This document shows positions 13,140 through 25,250 of a stretch of DNA of 64,000 nucleotides, piece after piece. The DNA is from Octopus sinensis (Eukaryota). The stretch's first letter is position 1. Each line of letters opens with the position of its first letter. A program made the translations under genes and the position numbers. The stretch covers positions 6,014,001 to 6,078,000 of the forward strand of contig NC_043017.1 in the NCBI RefSeq assembly GCF_006345805.1, written 5' to 3'. The notes below the pieces were generated by a model, which was not told where the DNA came from, searched no databases, and saw nothing but the letters and a program-made list of their open reading frames with translations.

Positions 13140-13445
13140 CATCTCTAGTGGTGGTGGTGGTGGTGGCGGTGGTATTCCTGGTGTTAGGGTTGTAGTTGTA
13201 CCAGTGTTGGTGGTAGTTGATGTGGTGGTGGTGATTATAGTGATCGTGGTGGTGCTGGTGGTAGTGATCATTGTGGTGGTGGTTATAGTGATCGTGTTGG
13301 TGGTGGCGGTGGTGGTAGTGATCATTGTGGTGGTGGTTATAGTGATCGTGGTGGTGGGGGTTATAGTGATCATTGTGGTGGTGGTGGTGGTAGTTGTGTA
13401 GTTGGCAGTAGTGTTGGCAGCAATGCTTGTGGCGGTCATCGTGGT
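13140..13445. repeat. (GGT/GTA/GAT) block with ~30-bp higher-order unit GGTTATAGTGATCGTG
   Basis: Direct reading. Confidence 0.85.
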
Positions 13446-13718
13446 GTTGGAGAAAGGGTCGTGCTGTTTATGGTACTACGGTGTGAACAGTAAAGGCGCT
13501 AGTATTACTTGTAGTGTTTGGCGCAGTGGTAGTGTAAGTGGTGGTGTTGGTGGTCTTGACTTTCCATTGGCGGTAGCGTTATTGATGACCGTGGTGGTTT
13601 GCCAATGCTTAGCTAAAGAAAGAGTGGAGAAAAATTCTATTATACAATTCATATTTCTTTGATATATATATATATATATATGTGTGTGTGTATGTATGTG
13701 TGTGTGTGTGGGGGGGTG

Positions 13719-14098
13719 GTGGCTGTGTGATAAGTAGCTTGAATACCAACCACATGGTTCCGGGATCAGTCTCACTGCATGACACCTTGGACAAGTGTCT
13801 TCTACTATAACCTCGAGTCGACCAGAGCCTTGTGAGTGGAATTTAGTAGACGGAAACTGAAAGAAGCCCGGAGTATATATATATATGTGTGTGCGTGTGC
13901 GTATGTTTCCCTCCCCCAGCATCGCTTGTCAACCGATGTTGGTGTGTATGCATGCATCCCTGTAACTTAGTAGTTCGGCAAAAGAGACCGATAGGATAAG
14001 TACTAGGCTTACAAAGAATAAGCCCAGGGGTCGATTTGTTCGACTAAAGGCAGTGCTCCAGCATGGCCGCAGACAAATGACTGAGACAAATATAAGAA
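13719..14098 (+). mobile_element. SINE family A
   Basis: GTGGCTGTGTGATAAGTAGCTT head to GACTGAGACAAA tail. Confidence 0.9.
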
Positions 14099-14129
14099 AT
14101 ATAAGATAATATATATTTGAATCTATATA

Positions 14130-14340
14130 TGTATTGACTTCAAATTTTGGCACTAGGCCAGCAATTTCGGGAGAAGGATTAAATCGATTACATCGACTCC
14201 AATTGTTCAAATAGTACTTATTTTTTTTATCGAACTCGAAAGGATGAAAGGTAAAAATCGAACTCGGCGGAATTTGAACTCAGAACATAGACACAGACGA
14301 AATACTACCAAGCTATTTTTACCCGGCTTACAAACGATTT
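14130..14340 (-). mobile_element. SINE family B (tail type 2)
   Basis: GAAAGGATGAAAGG...GGCGGAATTTGAACTCAGAAC. Confidence 0.75.
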
Positions 14341-14436
14341 TTCCAGCACACACCATATATTATATATATATATATATATATAATATATATATATATATAC
14401 ACATACATATAATATATACACACACACCACATATAT

Positions 14437-14483
<47 letters not shown>

Positions 14484-14574
14484 ATGTGTGTGTTCCCTTT
14501 GGCTAATTTTTATTAAGAAGCAGCATAAGAAGTTGTTTCTAATCCAGCCTCAATCTTGTTAAATCCAGTTGTTG

Positions 14575-14750
14575 TTACTGTTGTTGCTTAGCTTCCGGTC
14601 AGCCCTGATCCAGATGACCAATCGCTGATCGATGATGTTATTAACCGTGACGATCCGATGTTTTGTCAGACATTCTCTATTTAAAGATTACAACATTGTT
14701 TATTTCTGTCAGAGGGAATATGATTTGAAGAACATTTAGCCGCCATTCCA
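14575..14750 (-). mobile_element. SINE family F, ending in (AAC)n
   Basis: GGTCAGCCCTGATCC...GTGACGATCC...ATTTAGCCGC; reverse complement similar to 34945-35148. Confidence 0.6.
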
Positions 14751-14904
14751 TGAATGTTCCGATACATTATCAAGGATCATATATATATAGGCGGTGCTCC
14801 AGCATGGCCTCAGTCAAACGACGAAACAAGTAAGAGAATAAGAGAATATATATCGTTATTATAGACGCAGGCGTAGCTGTGTGGTAAGAAGGAAAGATCG
14901 GCGG

Positions 14905-15497
14905 GCATATTTTGTCCTCTGCAAAAGAAGTGTGTAGTCGGGCATTGCCGTGAGAAAAGACAATATTCATACAATTAGCATGTGCTGGACGTTTCTGCAT
15001 TTAATTTGTGCAGCTGGTCCGAGTGCACACCAGAATTGATGGCCCTGTCCGTGAAGAGAAGCTTTCAAAAGACAACGCCCCTTGCAATCCCACCAAATTG
15101 AAAGCATTACCTCGTTCTGCTGAAGTTTTCCTTTGAAGATTTTTTGTGGTAACTCGCTGCGCTTCCGCCACGATCGTTTGCGTTTCGCATTATTATGGAC
15201 GGTCCCTTTACCGTCCTTCTTACCTTTTCTTCAGAAAAATGTAATTTCTTTTACGTGTCTGTAACGAATTTGGAAATCCTTTGGGTGAAGTTTGCCTCGT
15301 TCAATTGATGCGGGACTCGAACATCTAGCCTGCTGACCAATTAATGCTGATGGTTTTGAACACTCGGTTCAGATATTCAGAGTGTATCTGCAATCATCCT
15401 GCTCGTATAACAGGGGAAGGTTTCGCTGTTAATCTCAGATGGCCGACCAGATCGAGGTGCATCTTGAATCAGAAAATTTCTCGATCGAAATCTCGAG
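14905..15497 (-). pseudogene. Mariner (DD34D) transposase remnant with frameshifts
   Basis: Minus-strand translation pieces RFRSRNFLIQDAPRSGRPSE, ADTLNISEPSVQNH, RVPHQLNEAN (WVPHEL motif), HNNAKRKRSW, VMLSIWWDCKG, KRPAHANCMNIVFSHGNARLHTS. Confidence 0.9.
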
Positions 15498-15705
15498 TGA
15501 CATATTATATAAGAAGACGAATGAGGTTTAAAATTTAGACGTAAATTTTAGACTCCGTTTGTGTTCTTTTTATAGCTACGCGACACCTGGAACCAACCCC
15601 AAGTCGGATTTACTGTTTATATTGAATTTGGTACCTATATATGTATACACACCTGCAGTAGACTACCAGCACATGACACCTGATGGTTGTATTTACCTAA
15701 TTGTG

Positions 15706-16102
15706 AAGCGAGCTGGCAGAAACGTTAATACGCTGGGCGAACTGCTTAGCAGTATTTCGTCTGCCGTTACGTTCTGTGTTCAAATTCCGACGAGGTCGAC
15801 TTTGCCTTTCAGCCTTTCGGGGTCGATAAATTAAGTACCAGTTACACACTAGTGCCGATATAATCGACTTAATCCGTTTGTCTGTTCTTGTTTGTCCCCC
15901 ATGTGTTTTGCCCCTTGTGAGTAGTAAAGAAATAGGTATTTCGTCTGTCTTTACATTCTGAGTTCAAATTCCGCTAAATTCGACTTTGCCTTTCATCCTT
16001 TCAGGGTCGATAAATTGAGTACCAGTTACACACTGGGGTCGATGTAATCGACTGACTCCCTCCCCCAAAATTTCGGGTTTTGTGCCTAGAGTAGAAAAGA
16101 AT
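15706..16102 (+). mobile_element. SINE family B, dimeric body (tail 1 then tail 2)
   Basis: Head GCGAGCTGGCAGAAACG; two copies of the core at ~15780 and ~15965. Confidence 0.9.
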
Positions 16103-16164
16103 GTTTTGATTTCTAGCTAGTCCTGTCCTCACGTATTAACGTGCTTAGATTTTAATGAATCCTG

Positions 16165-16168
16165 TAAT

Positions 16169-16215
<47 letters not shown>

Positions 16216-16322
16216 CACACACACACACATAGACACACACACACACAGACACACACACCACACACACACACACACATAGACACAACACACACACACATAG
16301 ACACACACACACACACACATAG

Positions 16323-16353
<31 letters not shown>

Positions 16354-16406
16354 CACACACACACATAGACACACACACACACATAGACACGCACACACAC
16401 ACATAG

Positions 16407-16437
<31 letters not shown>

Positions 16438-16457
16438 CACACGCGCACACACACACA
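16165..16457. repeat. (CA)n punctuated by ATAG (higher-order repeat)
   Basis: Direct reading. Confidence 0.9.
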
Positions 16458-16461
16458 TACG

Positions 16462-16696
16462 CGAGGGTGTGCTGAATAGCATCTGGCCTTAAGGCTGTCG
16501 CGAAAGGCCTGGTTGAAGGCCGAACCCTCCGAGTTCGTTTGCAGAGCTTAGAAAAATTGAATGACTGCTGCAATAAGTGTGTGAATCTGAGAAGGGAATA
16601 TGTTGAATAAAATCATAATTAACTGATCCACCCCCCCCCCTGTTATTTTTTTTCTTTCTTTTACTGAAAGCCAGAATCTTTTCAGCACTCACCCCG
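16462..16696 (+). mobile_element. Mariner-derived non-autonomous element (~235 bp)
   Basis: Imperfect TIRs CGAGGGTGTGCTGAATAG / CTTTTCAGCACTCACCCCG, TA on the right; internal EKLNDCCNKCVNLRREYVE* matches the mariner C-terminus. Confidence 0.8.
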
Positions 16697-17190
16697 TATT
16701 ACTCCTACACATGTCTTGAGTGTTGCCGCTTGTACACAGCGTGTACACATGTATGTATGTATGTATGTACGTATGTGTGTGTGTGTGTGTGTGTGTATGT
16801 GTGTATGTATATCATGTTGTCACACACACACACACACACATCATGTGTATGCGTTTATGTACTGCTACAAAAACTATTCGTGTGAAATTCATATCTAATT
16901 CATTCCAACATTATTTTCCAACGATAAAATTCAATTTTCAAGTCGTAGTGGTGGTGGTGGTGGTAGTAGTAGTAGTAACGGTGGTGTTGGTAGTAGTAGT
17001 AGTAATGGTGGTGTTGGTAGTAGTAGTAATGGTGGTGGTGGTAGTAGCGAAAGTAGCATCCCTCATAACCTCAGTACATTTCTACAGCAGTTGTTATGCA
17101 AATGAGGTTTCCTGTGCAGTAGTTATCTCTCGTGTACCCCAGGGTTTATTTCCTTTCATTTTTTTTTATGTTCGTCCCCTCTACACCGTC

Positions 17191-17283
17191 CCCTCTACAC
17201 CGGCAATCTACGTGCCATCGACTCCAGCCGTCCCCTCCCGTTCCCTCTACACCGGCAATCTACGTGCCATCGACTCCAGCCGT
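17191..17283. repeat. 41-bp direct repeat, period 52
   Basis: CCCTCTACACCGGCAATCTACGTGCCATCGACTCCAGCCGT at 17191 and 17243. Confidence 0.9.
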
Positions 17284-17519
17284 AGCCCTTTCCTGCAGAG
17301 ATTAACTCTACTCTTTATTCGTAATCTTTCGCAACCAAATGCCATCCAAATGTAACTTAGAAACCTCACGGCAACCATGTACAGATGTCATCAACAGATA
17401 CGCCTCCAGCTAGTTTTTAAGGTTGTCGCTACGGTTTTTCTATAGAAATCAGAGCCAGCGCTGAAAGTTAAAACGATTTGTTTACGAACACGTCTATGTA
17501 AACAGTGGGATCGAAAATA

Positions 17520-17827
17520 TTGGTTTGTCCGGAAAGTTCGTGCCGATTTACAGTGGCTTACCTTTCGACTTATTTTAGAACATGGTTGAGTCCATAAAAT
17601 AGGATTTGACTACACCTCCATTTAGAGTACAGTTTAACCTATCTTTTCGTGGAAGAAGGTTTATGTTCCTATAACCTATGTTAATTCTGTAACCCTTTAA
17701 AATGGAAGATAAGAAAGTTCATTTTTCGGCACTTGATGCTTTGGGAACCAGACAAAAATTGCTGCAGCTCGGCTGGGATGTGTTACCCTACCCTCCATAT
17801 TCAGCAGATATTGCTCCTTCGGATTAA
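17520..17827 (+). mobile_element. Internally deleted mariner (mellifera-like): TIR, 5' UTR, N-terminus fused to C-terminal motif
   Basis: TA then TIR-like TTGGTTTGTCCGGAAAGTTCGTGCCGA; ATG at 17702 gives MEDKKVHF(R)HLMLWE, then TRQKLLQLGWDVLPYPPYSADIAPSD* (YSPDLAP motif). Confidence 0.85.
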
Positions 17828-17894
17828 TATTGCACAGCAAGAACCCTCAAAATTTCTGCGATTGCTACATCTCACCATCACAGATGGCTTCTTC

Positions 17895-18560
17895 TGATGA
17901 TCTGATATCCTCTGGATCGCATTCGGTCATAACTGAAAGAGTACGATCGCGTATTCAAGCAGCCGAGATGGGCTTCCGTCTCATGATCTCTGAGTGGAAG
18001 CGCGTGGCTTAGTGGCTAAGATGTTGAACTCATGATCGTAAGATTGTGGTTTCGATTCCTGGACCAAGCGATGCGTTGTGTTCTTGAGCAAAACACTTCA
18101 TTTCACGTTGCTCCGATTCACACAACTGGCAAAAATGAGTAATCCAGCGTTGGACCGGCATCCCGTGCAGCTGGGAAATATATTCACCATGGAAACCGGC
18201 CCTTATGAGTCGGCCCTTAAAAGTCAGCCCTTAAGAGTCGGCCTTTATGAATTAGCATGCCTTGAGAAGGTAATTTTACCTTTTTACTTTATCTAGGATC
18301 TCTGGTGTAACGTTACTCAACAGGTTGCGTAGTTCGGAAATAAGGGAGTCTCTCCAGGTCAATCAGCTACTTCCTTGCATTAAGAGGTGGTTTGAAGTCA
18401 ATAAATAAGTACTTTAAAATCCCAATGCATTGATTTGTCGTGGGGGCCAATAATGCTCCTGAGACAGACCTGATATCAGGGACTACCTTGAACAAGAATA
18501 TACCTTCCTTTCTCTGGTAGAGTACTGTTCCTGACAGTTTATGTGAACACTTAGAGGATC
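17895..18560 (+). pseudogene. RTE-type LINE ORF 3' remnant interrupted by a SINE (17993-18296)
   Basis: VITERVRSRIQAAEMGF..IS continues after the SINE as GVTLLNRLRSSEIRESLQV; GATCTCTG duplicated at 17985-17992 and 18297-18304. Confidence 0.75.
17993..18296 (+). mobile_element. Hybrid SINE: family-C head/core with tail X
   Basis: GTTCTTGAGCAAAACACTTCATTTCACGTTGCTCC core; tail GGACCGGCATCCCGT...GGAAACCGG...CTTGAGAAGG shared with 21858-22162; 8-bp TSD. Confidence 0.85.
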
Positions 18561-18654
18561 GCTCGGTACCTCATTATTGTAATGGGTTGGTCAGTAGTTG
18601 TATACGCCGGTTGTGCATTTATGTGTGAACGTGGGCGTGTGCGTGTCTGGTCGC

Positions 18655-18930
18655 ATGGTCTAGTAGTCAGGGTGTTGTACTCACGATCTTACACCGGAGA
18701 GTACGTTGTGTTGTTGAGCAAGACACTTCATCCCACGTTGACTGCTATCACTTCGACACCTGACGCGTAGTGCAATGTATCACTAACTGTTCAGGCAACG
18801 TCGATTTGATGGCTGGAAGCGCATACATTTGATCCATCTAAATAAATCATTGGCGCAGGTCGCTCGGCAAGAAATGCAGAGGCGTCTTCCTCGGACTACG
18901 AAAATCAACCATCAAATAAATAAACAAATA
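18655..18930 (+). mobile_element. SINE with family-C-like head/core and a different tail (W)
   Basis: CGCATGGTCTAGTAGTCAGGG...GTTGTTGAGCAAGACACTTCAT; tail ends in AAATAAATAAACAAATAA. Confidence 0.6.
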
Positions 18931-18992
18931 AGTGGTGTGTGTGTGTGTGTGTGTGTGTGTGCATACAGCGATACCTATTGTTTCTACATATT

Positions 18993-19216
18993 CGAGCTGG
19001 CAGAAACATTAGCGCGCCGGGCGAAATGCGTAGCCGTATTTCGTCTGTCGTTATGTTCTGAGTTCAAATTCCGCCGAGGTCGACTTTGCCTTTCATCCTC
19101 TCGGGGTCGATAAATAAAGTACCAGTTTCGTACTGGGTCGATGTAATCGACTTAATCCGTTTGCCCGTCCTTGTTTGTCCCCTCTATGTTTAGCCCCTTG
19201 TGGGTAGTTAAGAAAT
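18993..19216 (+). mobile_element. SINE family B (tail 1)
   Basis: Near-consensus copy. Confidence 0.9.
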
Positions 19217-19628
19217 ATATAAAGATATACATTTGTATGTACATATACAATCGTGTGTACATATATTTCTTGTATGTTTATAAGTTTCGAGCGGAAGAAC
19301 TCCATTATCGACGATGGTGGAGAAAAGCAATATATTCGTAGAAAGAGCCATTTCTCTTGTTTCTCCAGAAAATCTGAAATCATTTCGGTCTATGTTTTGC
19401 AGTGAAAAGAAAGATTTTAATTAGAAAGCTTCATGTCTGTATCTTATCAAGAAAGGATATTGTACCAGCAACAATAAAAATTCTATAATCAATCTTGAAA
19501 CATTCATCAAAGCTACGGGAAAATAGCACGATGGCAAGGTATGAAGAAGGGATCTAAGAGTTGGGTATTGGTGCAAGATGCTGCCATTTCTACAGACTGT
19601 TATATATATATATATATATATATATACT

Positions 19629-20036
19629 TTTACTCGTTTACTTGTTTCAGTCATTTTACTGTGGCCATGCTGGAGCACTGCCTTCAGTCGAGCAAATCGA
19701 CCCCAGGACTCATTCTTTGTAAGCCTAGTACTTATTCTATCGGCCTCTTTTGCCGAACTGCTAGGTTACGGGGACGTAAACACACCAGCGATGTTAGGGG
19801 GACAGACACAGACAGACAAACATACACACACACATATATACATGTGTGTATATATATATATATGCATATATACGACGGGTTTCTTTCAGTTTCCGTCTAC
19901 CAAATCTACTCACTAGACTTTGGTCTGCCCGAGGCTATAGTAGAAAACACTTGCTCAAGGTGCCATGCAGTGGGACTGAACCAGGAACCATGAGGTTCGT
20001 AAGCAAGCTACTTACCACACAGCCACTCCTACGCCT
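19629..20036 (-). mobile_element. SINE family A, full length
   Basis: Near-consensus copy. Confidence 0.92.
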
Positions 20037-20183
20037 ATATATATTTATATTTCAAAGAATCAAAGAGGGATAGATTGATATACCGAATTAGCTTGCCAAG
20101 GTACGGGCAAGTCTTGGAGCCAAGAATGAAAACACTAATTTCGTAGAAAAACGGTTGTGCAATTCCTTACACAGCAGTTATCT

Positions 20184-20570
20184 TTTATTCTTTAGCTTGT
20201 TTCAGTCAGTTGACTGTGGCCACGCTGGGGTACTGCTTTGAAGGGTTTTAATCGAAGAAATCGACCCCCGGACTTTTTATTTTTCATCATAGTACTTATT
20301 TTATCGGTCCGTTTTGCCGAACCGCTAAGTTTAGAGGACGTAAACACACCAACATCGGTTGTCAAGAGGTTGCAAACACAGACAAAAAGATACGCACACA
20401 TATATACGACGGGCTTCTTTCAGTTTCCGTCTACCGAATCCACTCACAAGGCTTTGGTCGGACCGAGACGATAACAGAAGACACTTTCCCAAGGTGCCAC
20501 GCAGTGGAACTGAACTCGAAATCCTGTGGTTGGTATTTAAGCTTCTTACGACACAGCCACGCCTGCGCCT
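20184..20570 (-). mobile_element. SINE family A, full length
   Basis: Near-consensus copy; head partly duplicated at 20657-20725. Confidence 0.9.
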
Positions 20571-20814
20571 GTAAACTCCTTGTGAATAAACTCTGCACAA
20601 GCGGCCTTAATGAATTCCTCCAAAGCTATTGCGTTTCCGGCAACACAGTAACTGACCAGTGGAACTGAACTCGAAATCCTGTGGTTGGTATTTAAGCTTC
20701 TTACGACACAGCCACGCCTGCGCCTGTAAACTCCTTGTGAATAAACTCTGCACAAGCGGCCTTAATGAATTCCTCCAAAGCTATTGCGTTTCCGGCAACA
20801 CAGTAACTGACCAG
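20502..20814. repeat. Perfect 155-bp tandem duplication
   Basis: CAG landmark at 20502, 20657, 20812; spans the SINE head and flanking LINE sequence. Confidence 0.92.
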
Positions 20815-21115
20815 CGAGCAGATATAAAAGAATGGGGTGTGGCAAAGTGCCGAAAAGCTTTTGATGATTAAAACTGTGCTGCAGAAACCGAAGAACAGTA
20901 TGGCTTGATTACAGAAAACTATTCGATCGTATTCCCATTTATAGTTGCTGAAGTTAATGCAGCTGACGGAAGTACTTATTGCCTTAGCGGCTGCTTCTGA
21001 GTGTTGCACAAAGATCTGGTCAACAATCCTCACAGTTAATGCTGAAAGCGGATCGATTGTCTTAGATCTTATAAATATTTCAAAAGGAATATTTCATGAA
21101 GGCAATCTGTCTGTT
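20580..21115 (+). pseudogene. R4/Dong-type (RLE) non-LTR reverse transcriptase remnant
   Basis: NKLCTSGLNEFLQSYC...KLLMIKTVLQ...VWLDYRKLFDRIP...INISKGIFHEGNLS match WIDYKKAFDSVPH and GIFQGDSLSP motifs, with frameshifts. Confidence 0.8.
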
Positions 21116-21232
21116 TATTTTGGTACTAAATTCATTGTAATTTCCCTTCCAAATATTCATTGGTTGTGTGTTAGGTTTACAACAGCACGAGATACCGATG
21201 TAACCCATAATTTCTTTCTAAGCGATCTAAAG

Positions 21233-21520
21233 CAGTGGTTTTCAACCGCGGCCCGTATGACCCTTGGGGGTCAATACAAGATTTTGTTGTTAAAGTTCAT
21301 GTGCAATAACCTGGTTATACTTCTACAAAACACAAAATATTTTAACAATTTTTTAAATACAATTCTTATTAATATTTAATTTTAATATGTTTAATATTAA
21401 TATTAATATTTGATTTTAATATTTAAAATCCAAGGATTTTTTTAAATATGGAATTGCTATGGGGGTCTACCCGAGTAAAATACGAAGAGGTACCCAAGCC
21501 AAAATGGTTGAGAACCACGG
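21233..21520. mobile_element. hAT (Charlie-like) MITE, 288 bp
   Basis: TIRs CAGTGGTTTTCAACC / GGTTGAGAACCACGG; 8-bp TSD ATCTAAAG / AGCTAAAG (7/8). Confidence 0.85.
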
Positions 21521-21857
21521 AGCTAAAGAGTTATGGTGGAAATATCTAAAATGCGAAAGATCAACTAGATTTGGTAATTATTTTAAAGTGATACAAGGAT
21601 GGAATTTGGCTAAAAGAACCAGAACTATTGATGGACTCAACCTCAGAAGAAGACGGGGAAGAAAAGGTTTAAGATAAGACTGCCTTTATGTGATGTATGG
21701 TATTATGCAGACAACTGCTAAACACCGACAGAAAAAAATAAATTCGTCAACTAAGTGCACAAAAGTGAAGCGAATATCTCAAAGGTCGAATGCGAACTCC
21801 ACAGACGTTTTCATTTTTGATGATCTGCCATTCCTTGACTTGCATACCTCAATAACT

Positions 21858-22162
21858 TGTTTGTTCCTTCTCAAGCCGTGCCTGGCTCATTAGGGCCAGT
21901 TTCCCGGTTTCCTTGGCGTATAGGTTCCCCACCTGGACGAGACGCCGGTCCGTCGCAGGTGGCCTGCAAGATGCAGGAGGAATGAGTGAGAGAATGTTGT
22001 GGCGAAAGAGTCAACAGAAGTTCGCCATTATCTTCTGCCGGAGCCGCGTAGAGCTTAGGTGTTTCACTCATAAACATACACATCGCCCCGTCTGAGATTC
22101 GAACCCGCGATCCCTCGACCGCGAGTCCGCTGCTCTAACCACTAGGCCATGTGCCTCCACAT
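21858..22162 (-). mobile_element. SINE family D (tRNA-Arg-like head) with tail X
   Basis: Head GGCACATGGCCTAGTGGTTAGAGCAGCGGACTCGCGG...GGTTCGAATC; 10-bp TSD CTCAATAACT at 21848-21857 and 22163-22172. Confidence 0.9.
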
Positions 22163-22533
22163 CTCAATAACTACCTTGACAGAAAACATTCTGCACACCC
22201 CCAAAAAGGTACGCTTCTCGTAAACTTGAGGAAGATGCTAACATTGACAGGTAGCATAAGAACTCTCTTCTCTTCAAATCTTCGGCTTTTCGGTAAATCC
22301 TGTCACATTTCGAAGGTTATGTTCTTGCAATCCAATAATTACGAAATATCTAACAAATAAAAGACAGTGAAGATCTGAAACCCAACAATGCGACCGAAAA
22401 GACAGGAAATGTCTTCTATGTCACATTCCTGTGTTAGATATTGCACAAGAGATCAGCAGCGACTCGAAAATGTCATGAGGTAACTGTCTTCCATTGCAAC
22501 GAATACTACACACACACACACAATATATATATA

Positions 22534-22927
22534 TACTCTTTTACTCTTTTACTTGTTTCAGTCAGTTGACTGCGGCCATGCTGGAGCACCGCCTTTAATC
22601 GAGCAACTCGACCCTAGGACTTATTCTTTTGTAAGCCCAGTACTTATTCTTTGCGAAAGCGCTAAGTAACGGGGACATGAACACACCAGCTAGGTGGAGA
22701 AACATGCTAGGGGGAGAAACACAGACACACAAACACACACACGCATATATATATATATACATATATACGATGGGCTTCTTTCAGTTTCCGTCTACCAAAT
22801 CCACTCACAAGGCTTTGGTCGGCCCGAGGCTATAGTAGATACACTTGCCCAATGCCACGCTGTGGGACTGAACCCGGAACCATGTGGTTGGTAAACAAGC
22901 TACTTACCACACAGCCACTCCTGCGCC

Positions 22928-22928
<1 letters not shown>
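22534..22928 (-). mobile_element. SINE family A
   Basis: Near-consensus copy. Confidence 0.9.
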
Positions 22929-22958
<30 letters not shown>

Positions 22959-22989
22959 TATATAATATATATATATATATATAGATATA

Positions 22990-23455
22990 TGTGTGTGTGT
23001 TGGTGTGTATTATAACTATATCTATTGTGTGTGTGTGGGTATTCATAACTATATATATTTGTGTGTTGTGTGTATTATAACTATATATATATTGTGTGTG
23101 TGTGTGTGTATATATAACTATATATGGTGTGTGTGTGTGTGTGTATTATACTATATATATGGTTTGTGTGTGTGTGTATTATAACTATATATATATGTGT
23201 GTGTGTGTGTGTATTTAACTATATATATTGTGTGTGTGTGTGTATTATAACATATATATGGTGTGTGTGTGTGTATTATACGATATATACTATGTGTGTG
23301 TGGTGTGTATTATAACTATATATATATGTGTGTGTGTGTGTGTATTATAACTATATATATATGTGTGTGTGTGTGTATTATAACTATATATATATGTGTG
23401 TGTGTGTGTATTATAACTATATATATATGTGTGTGTGTGTATTATAACTATATAT
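22990..23455. repeat. Higher-order minisatellite (TG)n-TATTATAAC-(TA)n, ~30 bp
   Basis: Repeated TATTATAACTAT punctuation. Confidence 0.88.
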
Positions 23456-23664
23456 TCATGTCTCTTTCTTCAATTATTTAAACTCTTTCCTATAAGTGAA
23501 GAGATGAGTTTTAAAGAAACAATGAACCATCGCTGAAACTCTCGGATTTTCGAAAATATTACAAGTGTTACATATTGAAACTGAAAAAAAAATTGTGGCA
23601 TATATTTATTGTACGGCTTACAGATTGTATTTGTAAAGTATGTGCAAGCTCGCCAATCCCTTTG

Positions 23665-23940
23665 CAGTTTTCAAATTCCGCAGAGGTCGACTTTACCTTT
23701 TATCCTTTCGGGGTCGATTAAATAAGTACCAGTTACGCACTGGGATCGATATAATCGACTTAATCCGTTTGTCTGTCCTTGTTTGTCCTCTCTGTGTTTA
23801 GCCCCTTGTGGGTAGTAAAGAAATAGGTATTTCGTCTGCCGTTACGTTGTGAGTTCAAATTCCGCAGAGGTTGTATTTGCCTTTTATCCTTTCGGGATCG
23901 ATTAAATAAGTACCAGTTACGCATTGGGGTCGCTGTAATC
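23665..23940 (+). mobile_element. SINE family B, headless, 1.5 body units
   Basis: Two cores; truncated at 23940. Confidence 0.88.
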
Positions 23941-24148
23941 TAAACACAGAGAGGACAAACAAGGACAGACAAACAGATTAAGTCGATTATATCGACCCCA
24001 GTGCGTAACTGGTACTTATTTAATCGACCCCGAAAGGATGAAAGGCAAAGTCGACCTCGGCGGAATTTGAACTCAGAACGTAGCGGCAGACGAAATACCG
24101 CTAAGCATTTCGCCCGGCGTGCTAACGATTCTGCCAGCTCGTCGCCTT
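23941..24148 (-). mobile_element. SINE family B joined tail-to-tail to the previous copy
   Basis: Complete head at 24095-24148. Confidence 0.9.
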
Positions 24149-24341
24149 AGAGAACAGCTTTTATTACCAACGTAGTGTTATTCAGACCGGATTATAAAAT
24201 ATATCTTACACACCAAGAATTCCGTTAATCCGATCATGGCTTATACTGATAACAGCATTAATAACAACGCTAGCAGCACTGCGATATTTGTTAGTTAAAA
24301 AAAAAAAAATCCCTGAATACTGTAACTCCTTTGAAGGCCCC

Positions 24342-25020
24342 AGTTTTATACCTAGAATATACATTCACATTGATACCAATAATAATTGGTGTATTTGTTG
24401 AGAGTAAATGCTAAATGACAATCTGGAAATGCTGCGATTTTCAGAAAAAGAAATGGTTCAACTAATACTCACATTACAATTTGTAAGCGGAACATTAAAG
24501 ATATGCAAGTCTTTCACCAGGTTCTAAATGAGAATTTGTTTTTGTTATCGACATTCCAACGATGGAATTTTGTATCTTCGTGAGAAACAAGATCCTTCCT
24601 TAGAGCAACTAGTGAAATAATTGAAACTGGATGGGAACATTTACATGCAAAATATTTGGCCCCTAATAAAAGTAAATAAAAGTTTTATACCTAGAATATA
24701 AATTCACGTTGTTATAAATAATGATTGGTGTATTTGTTGAGAGTAAATGCTAAATGACATTCTGGAAATGCTGCGATTTTCAGAAAAAGAAATGGTTCAA
24801 CTAATACTCACATTACAATTTGTAAGCGGAACATTAAATATATGCAAGTCTTTCACCAGGTTCTAAATGAGAATTTGTTTTTGTTATCGACATTCCAACG
24901 ATGGAATTTTGTATCTTCGTGAGGAACAAGATCCTTCCTTAGAGCAACTAGTGAAATAATTGAAAATAGATGGGAACATTTACATGCAAAATATTTCAGA
25001 AGTTTGGCCCCTAATAAAAG
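24342..25020. repeat. Near-identical tandem duplication, period 339 bp
   Basis: AGTTTTATACCTAGAATATA at 24342 and 24681. Confidence 0.92.
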
Positions 25021-25036
25021 TGAACTTTCTAAAGAA

Positions 25037-25250
25037 GCGAACTGGCAGAATCGTTAGCACGCCAGACAGAATACTTAGCAGCATTTCGTCCGTCTTTGCG
25101 TTCTGAGTTTAAATGTCACCGGGGCCGACTTTGCCTTTCATCTTTTCGGAGTTGATAAGATAAGTAGAAGTAGAGCGCTGGAATCGAAGAAATCGACTTG
25201 GCTTCTCCCCCAACGCAAAACTGCTGGCCTTGTGCTAAAATATGAAATCA
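25037..25250 (+). mobile_element. SINE family B (tail 2), diverged
   Basis: GCGAACTGGCAGAATCGTTAGC head; GACTTTGCCTTTCATC core. Confidence 0.75.

Noticed and set aside
19300-19600. Possible Tc1/mariner fragment (SWVLVQDAA)
   Set aside because: One weak motif only.
22086-22160. tRNA-Arg-like sequence
   Set aside because: It is the head of a SINE with body, tail and a 10-bp TSD; the acceptor stem does not close.
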